Origin: an uncultured Gemmatimonadales bacterium
GTDB lineage: Bacteria > Gemmatimonadota > Gemmatimonadetes > Gemmatimonadales > GWC2-71-9
Assembly: GCA_963842945.1 (NCBI GenBank)
Contig: CAWJIM010000023.1
Location: 256,001-320,000, forward strand
DNA: 64,000 nucleotides
Direction: 5' to 3'
The position numbers were made by a program, and so were the translations under genes. Positions 53,114 to 62,114 of this stretch are shown here, one piece after another. The stretch's first letter is position 1. Each line of letters opens with the position of its first letter. Under the pieces are notes generated by a model. It had not been told where the DNA came from. It made no database searches and worked only from the letters and a program-made list of their open reading frames with translations.

Positions 53114-54466
53114 ATGGCGGGTCTGCTGTCCAAGGAGCGCATCATTGCCGGGCCGAACTTCAATCGCTGGTTGGTTCCACCCGCGGCGCTGGCGATCCAT
53201 CTCAGCATTGGTCAGGCTTACGCCTTCAGTGTCTTCAAGCTTCCGTTGACCAAGGTCATCGGTATAAGCCAATCCGTTCCCGGCGACTGGAAGCAGACCC
53301 AACTGGCCTGGATCTTCACCATCGCGATCGTGTTTCTGGGACTCTCGGCTGCGGTGTTCGGCCGCTGGTTGGACCATGCCGGCCCCCGCAAGAGCGGGGT
53401 TGTTGCCGCCTGCTGCTGGGGCCTGGGCTTCTTCATCTCCGCCCTCGGCGTGTCGCTGCATAACATTTGGCTGATATATCTGGGCTATGGGGTTCTCGGC
53501 GGGTGCGGGCTGGGTCTCGGTTACATCACTCCCGTCTCTACCTTGATCAAATGGTTTCCCGACCGGCGGGGGATGGCCACCGGTATGGCGATCATGGGGT
53601 TCGGCGGGGGGGCGCTGATCGCGAGTCCGCTTTCCCAGCTGCTGCTGGACCGGTACAAGTCTGCCACATCAGTTGGTGTAGCAGAGACGTTCGTCACTCT
53701 GGGTACCATTTATCTCGTCGCGATGCTCTCGGGTGCATTCCTGTTCCGAGTTCCGGCACCCGGCTGGCGACCGGCGGGCTGGCTGCCGCCGGCTCCGAAT
53801 GCCCGGGGACTCATCACCCACCGTCAAGTCCACGTGGACGACGCCATCAAGACGGTTTCGTTCTACCTGCTGTGGGCGGTCCTGTTCCTGAACGTGACCG
53901 CGGGGATCGGCATCCTCGAGCAGGCCTCCCCCATGATCCAGGAGATGTTCAAGGGCCGGGTAAGAGCGGACGCCGCCGCCGGGTTCGTGGGATTGCTCAG
54001 CTTGTTCAACATGGCGGGGAGGTTTGGCTGGTCCTCGTTATCCGACCGCATCGGCCGGAAGGCCACCTACGCCGTGTTCCTTTCCCTCGGGCCGATTCTC
54101 TATGTCATTCTTCCGTACGCGGGACGGATCGGCAGCGTGGTGCTCTTCGTTTCAGCCGCGGTGTTGATCCTGACGATGTACGGAGGGGGATTCGCCACTA
54201 TTCCGGCTTACCTGTCGGACATCTTCGGCACTCAATACGTCGGCGCCATTCACGGCCGGCTGCTCACCGCATGGTCGGCCGCCGGCGTGGCTGGTCCGGT
54301 TCTGGTCAACTACATCCGGGAGTATCAGATCGAGCACGGCACCCCGGCCGCGCAGGCTTACAACATCACGATGTATCTGATGGCGGCCCTCCTTGTGGTC
54401 GGCTTCCTTTGCAATCTGGCGGTACGGCCGGTTCCTGATCGCTACTACATGGCGGAGGTCAGCTGA
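53114..54466 (+). CDS. OFA (oxalate/formate antiporter) family MFS transporter
   Basis: IHLSIGQAYAFSVF, KWFPDRRGMATG, GGGFATIPAYL, GAIHGRLLTAWS. Confidence 0.92.
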   Translation: MAGLLSKERIIAGPNFNRWLVPPAALAIHLSIGQAYAFSVFKLPLTKVIGISQSVPGDWKQTQLAWIFTIAIVFLGLSAAVFGRWLDHAGPRKSGVVAACCWGLGFFISALGVSLHNIWLIYLGYGVLGGCGLGLGYITPVSTLIKWFPDRRGMATGMAIMGFGGGALIASPLSQLLLDRYKSATSVGVAETFVTLGTIYLVAMLSGAFLFRVPAPGWRPAGWLPPAPNARGLITHRQVHVDDAIKTVSFYLLWAVLFLNVTAGIGILEQASPMIQEMFKGRVRADAAAGFVGLLSLFNMAGRFGWSSLSDRIGRKATYAVFLSLGPILYVILPYAGRIGSVVLFVSAAVLILTMYGGGFATIPAYLSDIFGTQYVGAIHGRLLTAWSAAGVAGPVLVNYIREYQIEHGTPAAQAYNITMYLMAALLVVGFLCNLAVRPVPDRYYMAEVS

Positions 54467-54579
54467 CCGACCCAGCGATCGCCTCGGCCAGGTCGTCACG
54501 CTAGCGTTGCATAGATATAGATCGCACTGAATAAACTATGCCGGACGACCTTCAGTCTTCATTGAGCAGGAGCGATTGA

Positions 54580-54719
54580 ATGAGCCCAGTCAACAACAAT
54601 GAACCCGGGTCCGAGCGGGGGGTGTGGCGGTGGTGCTGGTCGCCTGGCTTCTGGTATCGGTGCCACTCATCTGGGGAGTATGGCAAACGATCAAGAAAGC
54701 GTCCGTCCTGTTTCGCTAG
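54580..54719 (+). CDS. Small single-TM partner of the OFA transporter; one indel near 54615-54625
   Basis: AGGAG-ATG at 54580; second frame reads VAVVLVAWLLVSVPLIWGVWQTIKKASVLFR*, resembling peptides that follow OFA genes. Confidence 0.6.
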
Positions 54720-54748
54720 TGCAACCTTTTGCATCTCATTAGGTTGCA
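54720..54748. promoter_or_regulatory. Perfect 8-bp inverted repeat (operator or terminator)
   Basis: TGCAACCT-N13-AGGTTGCA, upstream of a possible TTGACG-N16-CAGATT promoter at 54793-54820. Confidence 0.45.
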
Positions 54749-55030
54749 TGATTATTCCACACCAAAAGCCCCTCCGGCGGCCAATTTAGGACTTGACGCC
54801 AGAACCGACCTCGTCAGATTGTAACCCGGTAAATACTTACAGCCACTGAACTAATCGGCGCCCCGGCGTTGGGCACCTCCCCCTTCGCGGCCTTGGCGCC
54901 GCAGTCATGATCAACGCAATAGAGACTTCCCATTACTACCGAGCCAGGCCCATCGGACATGATGTGGGCCTCGGCCTGCCGCTTGGCGGTGGGCCACGTC
55001 TTTGACCCTGCCCCCGAGGAGAGTGTGCCC

Positions 55031-56731
55031 ATGAGGACCAGATCCGGTTGGTGGATGACCCCCGTGCTCCTGGCCATGGCGGCGCCGGTTGCCGCGCAAG
55101 GCACCGGAGACTGGACCACGTATGGGGGCAACGATTGGAATCAGCGGTACTCGAAACTGAAAGCCATCACCACCGCCAATGTGTCGCGACTGGTTCCCCG
55201 GATGGTCTTTCAGACCGGTATCGCCAAGCTCGGGTCGTTCGAGAACACGCCCATCGTCACCAACGGTGTCATGTATGTAACGACTCCGTATAACACGGCG
55301 ATGGCGTATGATCTCACCACCCGGAAGGAGCTCTGGCGCTACGAGCACAAGCTGGGCACCACGATTTACTGCTGCGGCCCGAATAATCGCGGCTTCGGAA
55401 TTCATGGGGGCGCCCACCTCTACATGGGCACCCTGGACGCCCACCTGGTGGCGCTCAACGCCAAGGACGGCAAGGTCCTCTGGGACAAGGAAGTGGCCGA
55501 TCCGGCAGCGGGATACAGCATCACCCATGCGCCGCTCATCATCGGCGACAATGTGATTGTGGGCGTGTCGGGAGGCGAATATGGTATTCGCGGCCATGTC
55601 ACCGCCTACAACGCCATGACCGGCGATCAGGTCTGGCGCTGGTACTCGATTCCAGCTCCCAAAGGTGACCCGACGTTCGATGAGAAGGCGCCTAACGGTT
55701 GGTGGGGCACCTGGGCCCCCAAGGCCGAGGACAGCGATCTGCATCGGGACGTCGCAAAGGAGAAGGCAGACAGTGGGAGGTATGCCGACGCCTGGAAAGT
55801 TGGCGGTGGCGGCGTCTGGACCACGCCGGCCTATGACAAGGACCTGAACCTGATCTTCGTCTCAGTTGGCAACCCCTCACCCGACCTCGACGGCAGCGTG
55901 CGGCCCGGCGACAACCTCTACACCGACGCGATCGTGGCAATTGACGCCACCAGCGGCAAGACCAAGTGGTACTACCAGACAGTTCCCCACGATGTCTGGG
56001 ACCTGGATGCTACTTCGCCGCCGCTCGTCACCACCCTGGGTGGAAAAAAGGTCGTGGTGCACGCCGGCAAGACCGCCTGGGTCTACGTCCTCGACGCGGC
56101 CACAGGGGAGCTGGTCCGCAAGACCGAAAACTTTACTCCGCAAGAGAACATGTTCGCCCTGCCGACGGACAAAGGGACTCGGATGCTGCCCGGCGCCAAT
56201 GGTGGCTCGGAATGGTCCCCCATGTCGGTTGATCCGAATACTGGCTATGGCTTCGTGGCGGGCCTACACCAGCCGATGAACTACATCACGCACAACGCCC
56301 CGCTGGAGAAGGGCAAGCTCTGGCTGGGCTCCGCTTTCGTGGCCATTCCGGGTGAGGAGCAGTATGGCCTCTTCTCCGCGGTCAACCTCAAGACCGGCAA
56401 GATCGCCTGGCAGAACAAGGTTCCCCAGCCGATGATGGGCGGGTCCCTGGCCACCGCCGGCGGGCTCACCTTCACCGGCGAAGGCAACGGTAACTTCAAC
56501 GCTTACGACTCCAAAAGCGGGAAGCTCCTCTGGCAGTTCAATGCCGGCGCGGGATGCAACTCGGCTCCGATGACGTTCATGCACAAGGGTGAGCAGTTCA
56601 TTGGGGTCGCGTGCGGCGGAAACTTCCAGATCAGCTATCCATTGGGCGACGCGGTGTTCGTCTTCGGGCTCCCGGGTAAGTCTCCCGTTTCCGGAGCGCC
56701 CGCGTCCAGCGGCACGAACAAGAATCAGTGA
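55031..56731 (+). CDS. Periplasmic PQQ-dependent dehydrogenase (methanol/ethanol family beta-propeller)
   Basis: Signal peptide, NQRYSKL, ENTPIV, vicinal CC (YCCGPNNRG), SGGEYG, GNPSPD, PHDVWDLD, Trp docking motifs; GAGGAG RBS. Confidence 0.93.
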   Translation: MRTRSGWWMTPVLLAMAAPVAAQGTGDWTTYGGNDWNQRYSKLKAITTANVSRLVPRMVFQTGIAKLGSFENTPIVTNGVMYVTTPYNTAMAYDLTTRKELWRYEHKLGTTIYCCGPNNRGFGIHGGAHLYMGTLDAHLVALNAKDGKVLWDKEVADPAAGYSITHAPLIIGDNVIVGVSGGEYGIRGHVTAYNAMTGDQVWRWYSIPAPKGDPTFDEKAPNGWWGTWAPKAEDSDLHRDVAKEKADSGRYADAWKVGGGGVWTTPAYDKDLNLIFVSVGNPSPDLDGSVRPGDNLYTDAIVAIDATSGKTKWYYQTVPHDVWDLDATSPPLVTTLGGKKVVVHAGKTAWVYVLDAATGELVRKTENFTPQENMFALPTDKGTRMLPGANGGSEWSPMSVDPNTGYGFVAGLHQPMNYITHNAPLEKGKLWLGSAFVAIPGEEQYGLFSAVNLKTGKIAWQNKVPQPMMGGSLATAGGLTFTGEGNGNFNAYDSKSGKLLWQFNAGAGCNSAPMTFMHKGEQFIGVACGGNFQISYPLGDAVFVFGLPGKSPVSGAPASSGTNKNQ

Positions 56732-56792
56732 GCCACTCGCGCCGGCAGCGAGGCCTCCTCGTGAGGCCTCCTGCCGACCGTTTTTTGAGACG

Positions 56793-57191
56793 ATGACCGT
56801 CGGCCAATGGGGATGGATGGTCTTGATTGCGGGATCCTTCGCAGCCAGCAGCCGGCTCCCGCTGGATCCGGGGCCTGAGTGGCTCAACGTCAACGGCAAC
56901 GACTGGCGAAAGATGGAGCCGAAGACGCGGCTGGCCTACATCGAGGGATTCCTGGCAGGAGCGGCGTTGGGCCAGGCCGCTCAAGGGGCTCGGGACACAG
57001 CAGCGGTCCGAACCGAGCTCGACGCGTTACGCCGAAGTGGAGGCCTGCGTTTTCCCTTCGGCGCCCATGTGTACGAGAGTCGGGTAAATGATTACTACTG
57101 GTGGAAAAACCACCTCCCCCTGCCCACGTGGTACGCTTTCCTGGAGGTGAATGCAACGTTCGGTCGTCATTTATCGGATTCAGTGCCTTGA
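56793..57191 (+). CDS. Hypothetical exported protein
   Basis: Hydrophobic N-terminus; NGNDWRKM...YIEGFLAG...VNDYY. Confidence 0.6.
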   Translation: MTVGQWGWMVLIAGSFAASSRLPLDPGPEWLNVNGNDWRKMEPKTRLAYIEGFLAGAALGQAAQGARDTAAVRTELDALRRSGGLRFPFGAHVYESRVNDYYWWKNHLPLPTWYAFLEVNATFGRHLSDSVP

Positions 57192-57272
57192 ATGGATGTT
57201 GCTGGAACGACGGTTGGTTTCCGGGTTAGGCGGTCGTTGGCGGGTCATCCTTACTATGAGGGAGACGCACCT

Positions 57273-58496
57273 ATGAAGCGAGTCGCACTGTTGTGTTTGG
57301 GTCTGGCGGTGGGAGCGGCGAGCGTCGCCGAGGCACAGCTGACGATGCAAATGAGCAACGGCTGGTCCTTCACGTTTTCCGGCAACGTGAACGCGTTTGC
57401 GATTTACGAGTCCACCAGCGACGATGGCGGCACGCTGGGAGCCCCGGGTGGACTGATCGGTATCGGCGGCAAGGGCTTCAACGTGAGAACCGGCCTCCTG
57501 CCTGCCTTTGCCGTGTTCGATGCGAAGGGCAAGGAAGGGAACACCGACCTCGGCGTGCACTTCGGGTTTGCCCCGCAGATTCAGTGCGGTGGCCAGGCCC
57601 ATGACTGCTTCGGCGCCCAGATCGATATGCGTCAGGTGTACCTGACTGTCGGCGGAACCTGGGGCCAGATTCTGGCCGGCCGTGAAATCGGTCTGTTCAA
57701 CCGGCAGAACATCCTGACCGACCAGACCCTGTTCGGCGTCGGGGCCACCGGCGGCATCAATGGTGGCGGCACCACGCTGGGCCGCATCGGCTTCGGGTAT
57801 ATCTATCCGAATTTCGTGGCTCAGATGACCTACTCGACTCCGGCCGGCAGAAGCACACAGCTGTCGATCGGTTTGTTCCAGCCCTCGGCACTCAATAGCG
57901 ATGCCGGGACCGCCTACGGCCAGACCGAGGTTCCTCGGCTGGAAGCGGAGCTAACCCTGAAACCCGGCGACCTCCTGCTGTGGCTCAACGGGACCGCCCA
58001 GAATGCCAAGAATGCTGTGGCTGACGAGACCAAGACCGCGGTAGGCGCCGGCGGTGGGTTCCGCTTTGGCAAGACCAGGTTCTCCCTCACGGGCTCCGGC
58101 TACTTCGGCAAGGGCATCGGTACCACCCTGCAGTTCAACGGCGTGGGTGGCTGCGATGCGGTTGCCGGCTGCGGCCCGGTCCAGGGCATCGGCGTGGGGA
58201 GCGACGGCGAGCTCAGAGACTCCTACGGCTTCATCGGCCAGCTCACCTTTACGCCGTCGGACAGCAAGCTCACGGTTGCCGCCAGCTACGGTTCGAGCTT
58301 CCTCAAGTCAACCGACGGCGAGCCTATCGCCTTCAAGACGGAGAACACCCTGATCTCGGGTGGCCTCTATTACCAGGCTACCAAGTCCCTCAAGGTGGTC
58401 GGAGAGGGTAACTACGCCTGGACCAAGGAACACGAGAGCGGGGCCGACGAGAACAAGACCTTTGCCCCAGCGATCGGCCTGATGTTGTTCTTCTAG
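57273..58496 (+). CDS. Outer-membrane porin
   Basis: Signal peptide ending AEA, alternating beta-strands, RQVYLTVGG, C-terminal Phe; GGGAG RBS. Confidence 0.88.
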   Translation: MKRVALLCLGLAVGAASVAEAQLTMQMSNGWSFTFSGNVNAFAIYESTSDDGGTLGAPGGLIGIGGKGFNVRTGLLPAFAVFDAKGKEGNTDLGVHFGFAPQIQCGGQAHDCFGAQIDMRQVYLTVGGTWGQILAGREIGLFNRQNILTDQTLFGVGATGGINGGGTTLGRIGFGYIYPNFVAQMTYSTPAGRSTQLSIGLFQPSALNSDAGTAYGQTEVPRLEAELTLKPGDLLLWLNGTAQNAKNAVADETKTAVGAGGGFRFGKTRFSLTGSGYFGKGIGTTLQFNGVGGCDAVAGCGPVQGIGVGSDGELRDSYGFIGQLTFTPSDSKLTVAASYGSSFLKSTDGEPIAFKTENTLISGGLYYQATKSLKVVGEGNYAWTKEHESGADENKTFAPAIGLMLFF

Positions 58497-58518
58497 CTCC
58501 ATCGCGGGTGCGTCAGAG

Positions 58519-58549
58519 AACGGCCTCCCTCAGCGGAGGCCGTTTTTTT
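58519..58549 (+). terminator. Rho-independent terminator after the porin
   Basis: AACGGCCTCC-N6-GGAGGCCGTT followed by a T run. Confidence 0.88.
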
Positions 58550-58604
58550 GTTCGATCTCGAGCCGCGTTACATTACGTCCAACCTTTGCCGATCGGAGCA
58601 CTGC

Positions 58605-59018
58605 ATGCGGTACCGCTGGTGGGTCGGGACCCTCCTGCTTTTGCCTGCCTGTAGCCAGCACTACGCAGCGCCTGACAGCGTCCAGACCTCCGCCGGTCCG
58701 GATGCGGCGTTCGACTGCGTGAAGCGCCAGCTGCCCACTCTAGACTACAAGCAGCGCTCGATCGATGTGGCGGAGCACCGGATTACCGCCCAGAAGTACG
58801 ACCTCGAAGCCCGTCGGTCTGACGTGCAGTTCCGACGGCTGATACACCGCATGGAAATCGAGGTCGGAGCCAACGCCGGAGGCCAGACCAGCATCGACGT
58901 GATAAGCCATACCATTGCGGAGTACACCACTCAGCGGGGACCCACCGAGGTGGAAGAGAAAGCCGCAGCAGATGTTAAGGAAGACGCGCAGAAGCTTTTG
59001 AAGGCCTGCCATGGCTAG
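58605..59018 (+). CDS. Hypothetical lipoprotein
   Basis: LLLPAC lipobox; GGAG RBS. Confidence 0.65.
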   Translation: MRYRWWVGTLLLLPACSQHYAAPDSVQTSAGPDAAFDCVKRQLPTLDYKQRSIDVAEHRITAQKYDLEARRSDVQFRRLIHRMEIEVGANAGGQTSIDVISHTIAEYTTQRGPTEVEEKAAADVKEDAQKLLKACHG

Positions 59019-59079
59019 CTCGGAGCCACGACTCTCGACTAGCTTCCTTTGATGCGATCTCGGCACCTAAGGAGATGAC

Positions 59080-60042
59080 GTGGCGGTTCCTCTGGTCCAA
59101 CTGACTCGATTCCCTTCCCCGTCAGGCACACTCGGCTCCGCGTCGGTCAATCCGGTGCGCAAGCCGAGCTGGCTCAAGGTCAAGGCGCCAGGGGGGCCGA
59201 ACTACGCGCACATCAAGAGTCTCATGCGTGAGCTGGAGCTTCACACGGTGTGCGAGGAAGCCCGTTGCCCCAACGTGGGCGAATGCTGGGAGCACAAGGC
59301 AGCCACCTTCATGATCCTGGGAGACGTGTGCACCCGGAACTGCACCTACTGCGCCGTTGCCCATGGAACTCCAAAGGCCTTCGATCCGCTGGAACCGGTT
59401 CGGTTGGCTGAAGCCGTCGCCCGAATGGAGCTCCAGCATGTGGTGATCACGTCGGTGGACCGCGACGATCTGCCCAACGGCGGAGCGGAGGCCTTTGCCG
59501 GCTGTATCACCGAAATCCGACGGCGGCTACCTGATACCACAGTCGAGGTATTGATCCCTGATTTCAAAGGCTCCGAACGCGCGCTTTCGATCGTGATGGA
59601 GGCTCGGCCCGATATTCTGAATCACAATCTGGAAACCGCCGAGCGGCTTTATCGACTGGCCCGACCCGGAGGCCGCTACCCCCGGGCGCTGGACCTGCTG
59701 GCCCGAGCGAGGCGGATGCGGCCCGACGGCCTCACCAAATCGGGCATCATCCTGGGAATGGGTGAGGAGTGGGACGAGGTGGTCGTCTGCATGCGGGACC
59801 TCCGTCGCAGCGACGTCAACATCCTGACGCTGGGACAATATCTTCGGCCGTCTGGAAGTCACATGCCTGTCGCGCGGTACTACACTCCAGCGGAATTCGA
59901 CGAGCTGAGAGACATCGGCCTCAACCTCGGCTTTACTCACGTGCAATCCAGTCCGCTCACCCGCTCCTCCTATCATGCGTGGGAACAGGCACGAGCCGCG
60001 ACGAAGGATCTCTCCGTTGTGAGCGGGGTCGATAGTGGCTGA
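59080..60042 (+). CDS. lipA: Lipoyl synthase
   Basis: RKPSWLK, CEEARCPNVGEC, CTRNCTYC, RSSYHA. Confidence 0.97.
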   Translation: MAVPLVQLTRFPSPSGTLGSASVNPVRKPSWLKVKAPGGPNYAHIKSLMRELELHTVCEEARCPNVGECWEHKAATFMILGDVCTRNCTYCAVAHGTPKAFDPLEPVRLAEAVARMELQHVVITSVDRDDLPNGGAEAFAGCITEIRRRLPDTTVEVLIPDFKGSERALSIVMEARPDILNHNLETAERLYRLARPGGRYPRALDLLARARRMRPDGLTKSGIILGMGEEWDEVVVCMRDLRRSDVNILTLGQYLRPSGSHMPVARYYTPAEFDELRDIGLNLGFTHVQSSPLTRSSYHAWEQARAATKDLSVVSGVDSG

Positions 60043-61075
60043 GTCTACCGCAGCCCGGCCCAAGGCCAGGTCCAAGGGACTCGATCCCGCTCGAGCGGAC
60101 GAGTACCGCCGGTGGCTCCGCGAGATGATGCTGATTCGCCGGTTCGAGGAGAAGGCGGGTGAAGCCTACAGCCTCGGCAAGATCGGGGGCTTCTGTCATC
60201 TCTACATTGGACAGGAAGCTGTTGCGGTCGGCAGTCTGGCCGCTTTGGGCCCGGACGACTACATCACCTGCTCCTATCGCGAGCACGGGCACGCGCTGGC
60301 ACGAGGGATATCGGCCCGTGCAGTGATGGCTGAGCTGTTCGGCAAGGCCGACGGGTGCTCCGGCGGCAAGGGCGGCTCGATGCACCTGTTCGATGCCTCG
60401 CTCGGCTTTCTGGGTGGGCACGGGATCGTGGGAGGCCACATACCGCTCACCACCGGGATGGCGTTCGCCGCCAAATACCGCAACACCTCTCAGGTGGCGG
60501 TCTGCTACTTCGGCGAGGCGGCGGTCAACAACGGTGCCTTCCACGAAGCGCTCAACATGGCCGCGCTGTGGAAGCTCCCCGCGATCTACCTCTGCGAGAA
60601 CAATCGCTATGGCATGGGTACGGCTCTCGAGCGGGCCAGCGCCCTGTATGACATCTCCGAGCGGGCCTGCTCCTATGACATGGCCAACGAGGTGGTGGAC
60701 GGGCAGGATGTGCTCACCATGAACGCAGCCATGGAACGCGCGGTTCAGCGCGCCAGGACTGATAAGCACCCCACCCTGCTCGAGGTTCGCACCTACCGAT
60801 TCATGGGCCACTCCATGTCGGACCCGATTCACGGCCACTATCGCACCCGAGAAGAAGTCGAGGATCAGCGCAAGCGCGATCCCATCACGGTCTGGTCCCA
60901 CCGGCTGATAGAGGACGGTCTCATGGACGAGCCTGCGGTGCGGGCCATGGACAAGGAGGTGCTGGAAGAGGTGGACGACGCCTATCAGTTTGCCGATCAG
61001 GCACCAGATCCCGACCCGAATGAGTTGTATACCGATGTCTACGCGGGGGAGAACAGCGTAAACGGTAAACGGTAA
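60035..61075 (+). CDS. pdhA: Pyruvate dehydrogenase E1 alpha
   Basis: GGFCHLYIGQEA, GKGGSMH, GEAAVNNG, YRFMGHSMSDP. Confidence 0.96.
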   Translation: MAESTAARPKARSKGLDPARADEYRRWLREMMLIRRFEEKAGEAYSLGKIGGFCHLYIGQEAVAVGSLAALGPDDYITCSYREHGHALARGISARAVMAELFGKADGCSGGKGGSMHLFDASLGFLGGHGIVGGHIPLTTGMAFAAKYRNTSQVAVCYFGEAAVNNGAFHEALNMAALWKLPAIYLCENNRYGMGTALERASALYDISERACSYDMANEVVDGQDVLTMNAAMERAVQRARTDKHPTLLEVRTYRFMGHSMSDPIHGHYRTREEVEDQRKRDPITVWSHRLIEDGLMDEPAVRAMDKEVLEEVDDAYQFADQAPDPDPNELYTDVYAGENSVNGKR

Positions 61076-61125
61076 ACGGTGAAGGGGCAGCAGCTCCCAT
61101 TCACTGTTCACCGTTCACCGTTCAC
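61058..61125. repeat. Inverted heptamer tandem-repeat hairpin (GTAAACG x3 + GTGAAGG / CGTTCAC-like x4)
   Basis: Left arm 61058-61085 includes the pdhA stop; right arm 61098-61125 ends 5 nt before the pdhB ATG. Confidence 0.9.
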
Positions 61126-61130
61126 CTATC

Positions 61131-62111
61131 ATGGCCATCATCACCTATCGCGACGCGCTGAATCAGGCTCTCCGGGAGGAGATGCAGCGGGATGACTCGG
61201 TCTTCCTCATGGGCGAGGAGGTCGGGGTCTATCAGGGTGCCTACAAGGTCAGCCGTGGGCTGCTCGACGAATTCGGACCTAACCGCGTGGTCGACACCCC
61301 GATCACCGAGCTGGGGTTCGCCGGAGTCGGGGTTGGCGCTGCCATGGTGGGGCTCCGGCCGGTCATCGAGTTCATGACCTGGAACTTCGCGCTCCTCGCG
61401 GTGGATCAGCTGGTCAACTCCGCCGCCAAGATGCGCTACATGTCCAACGGTCAGGTGGGAGTGCCTGCCGTGTTCCGTGGCCCTGGTGGATCGGCGCTGC
61501 AGCTGGCCGCCCAGCACTCCCAGGCATTCGAGAGCTGGTATTCCCACGTGCCGGGGCTCAAAGTGGTGATGCCCGCGACGCCGGCAGATGCAAAGGGCCT
61601 GCTCAAAAGCGCCATTCGGGATGATGATCCCATCGTGTTCATCGAGGGCGAGATGCTGTACAACACCAAGGGCGAAGTGCCCGAGGGAGAGCACATCGTG
61701 CCCATCGGCCAGGCGGACGTCAAGCGTGAAGGGGCCGACGTCACCCTCATCTGCCACTCCAAGACGGTGAGTGTCGCTCTGAAGGCAGCCGACCAGCTCG
61801 CGGCAGATGGCATCAACGCCGAGGTAATCGACCTGCGCACCATCAGACCCTTGGACGGCGAATCGATTTTGAACTCGGTGGCCAAGACTCACCGCTGCGT
61901 CGTGGTAGAAGAAGGCTGGCCCTTCGCCGGCGTCGGGGCTCAGGTGGTTGACACGATTCAACGCGAGGCCTTTGACGAGCTCGACGCGCCCATTCTCCGG
62001 GTAACCGGCGCCGACGTCCCCATGCCGTATAACAAGCAATTGGAGAAGGCGGCCAAGGCGGATCCGGCCAAAGTCGTGGCCGCGGTCAATCAGGTGTTGT
62101 ATAGGGAGTGA
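61131..62111 (+). CDS. pdhB: Pyruvate dehydrogenase E1 beta
   Basis: DTPITELGFAG, EFMTWNF, AAQHSQ, IDLRTIRPLD, DVPMPY. Confidence 0.96.
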   Translation: MAIITYRDALNQALREEMQRDDSVFLMGEEVGVYQGAYKVSRGLLDEFGPNRVVDTPITELGFAGVGVGAAMVGLRPVIEFMTWNFALLAVDQLVNSAAKMRYMSNGQVGVPAVFRGPGGSALQLAAQHSQAFESWYSHVPGLKVVMPATPADAKGLLKSAIRDDDPIVFIEGEMLYNTKGEVPEGEHIVPIGQADVKREGADVTLICHSKTVSVALKAADQLAADGINAEVIDLRTIRPLDGESILNSVAKTHRCVVVEEGWPFAGVGAQVVDTIQREAFDELDAPILRVTGADVPMPYNKQLEKAAKADPAKVVAAVNQVLYRE

Positions 62112-62114
62112 TCA

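Noticed and set aside
54907..55005. 32-aa ORF MINAIETSHYY... containing ExxxY upstream of the PQQ dehydrogenase, as a possible pqqA
   Set aside because: PqqA has the motif near the C-terminus after a WxxP leader. Here it is N-terminal, there is no RBS and no pqqB-E is nearby; likely chance.
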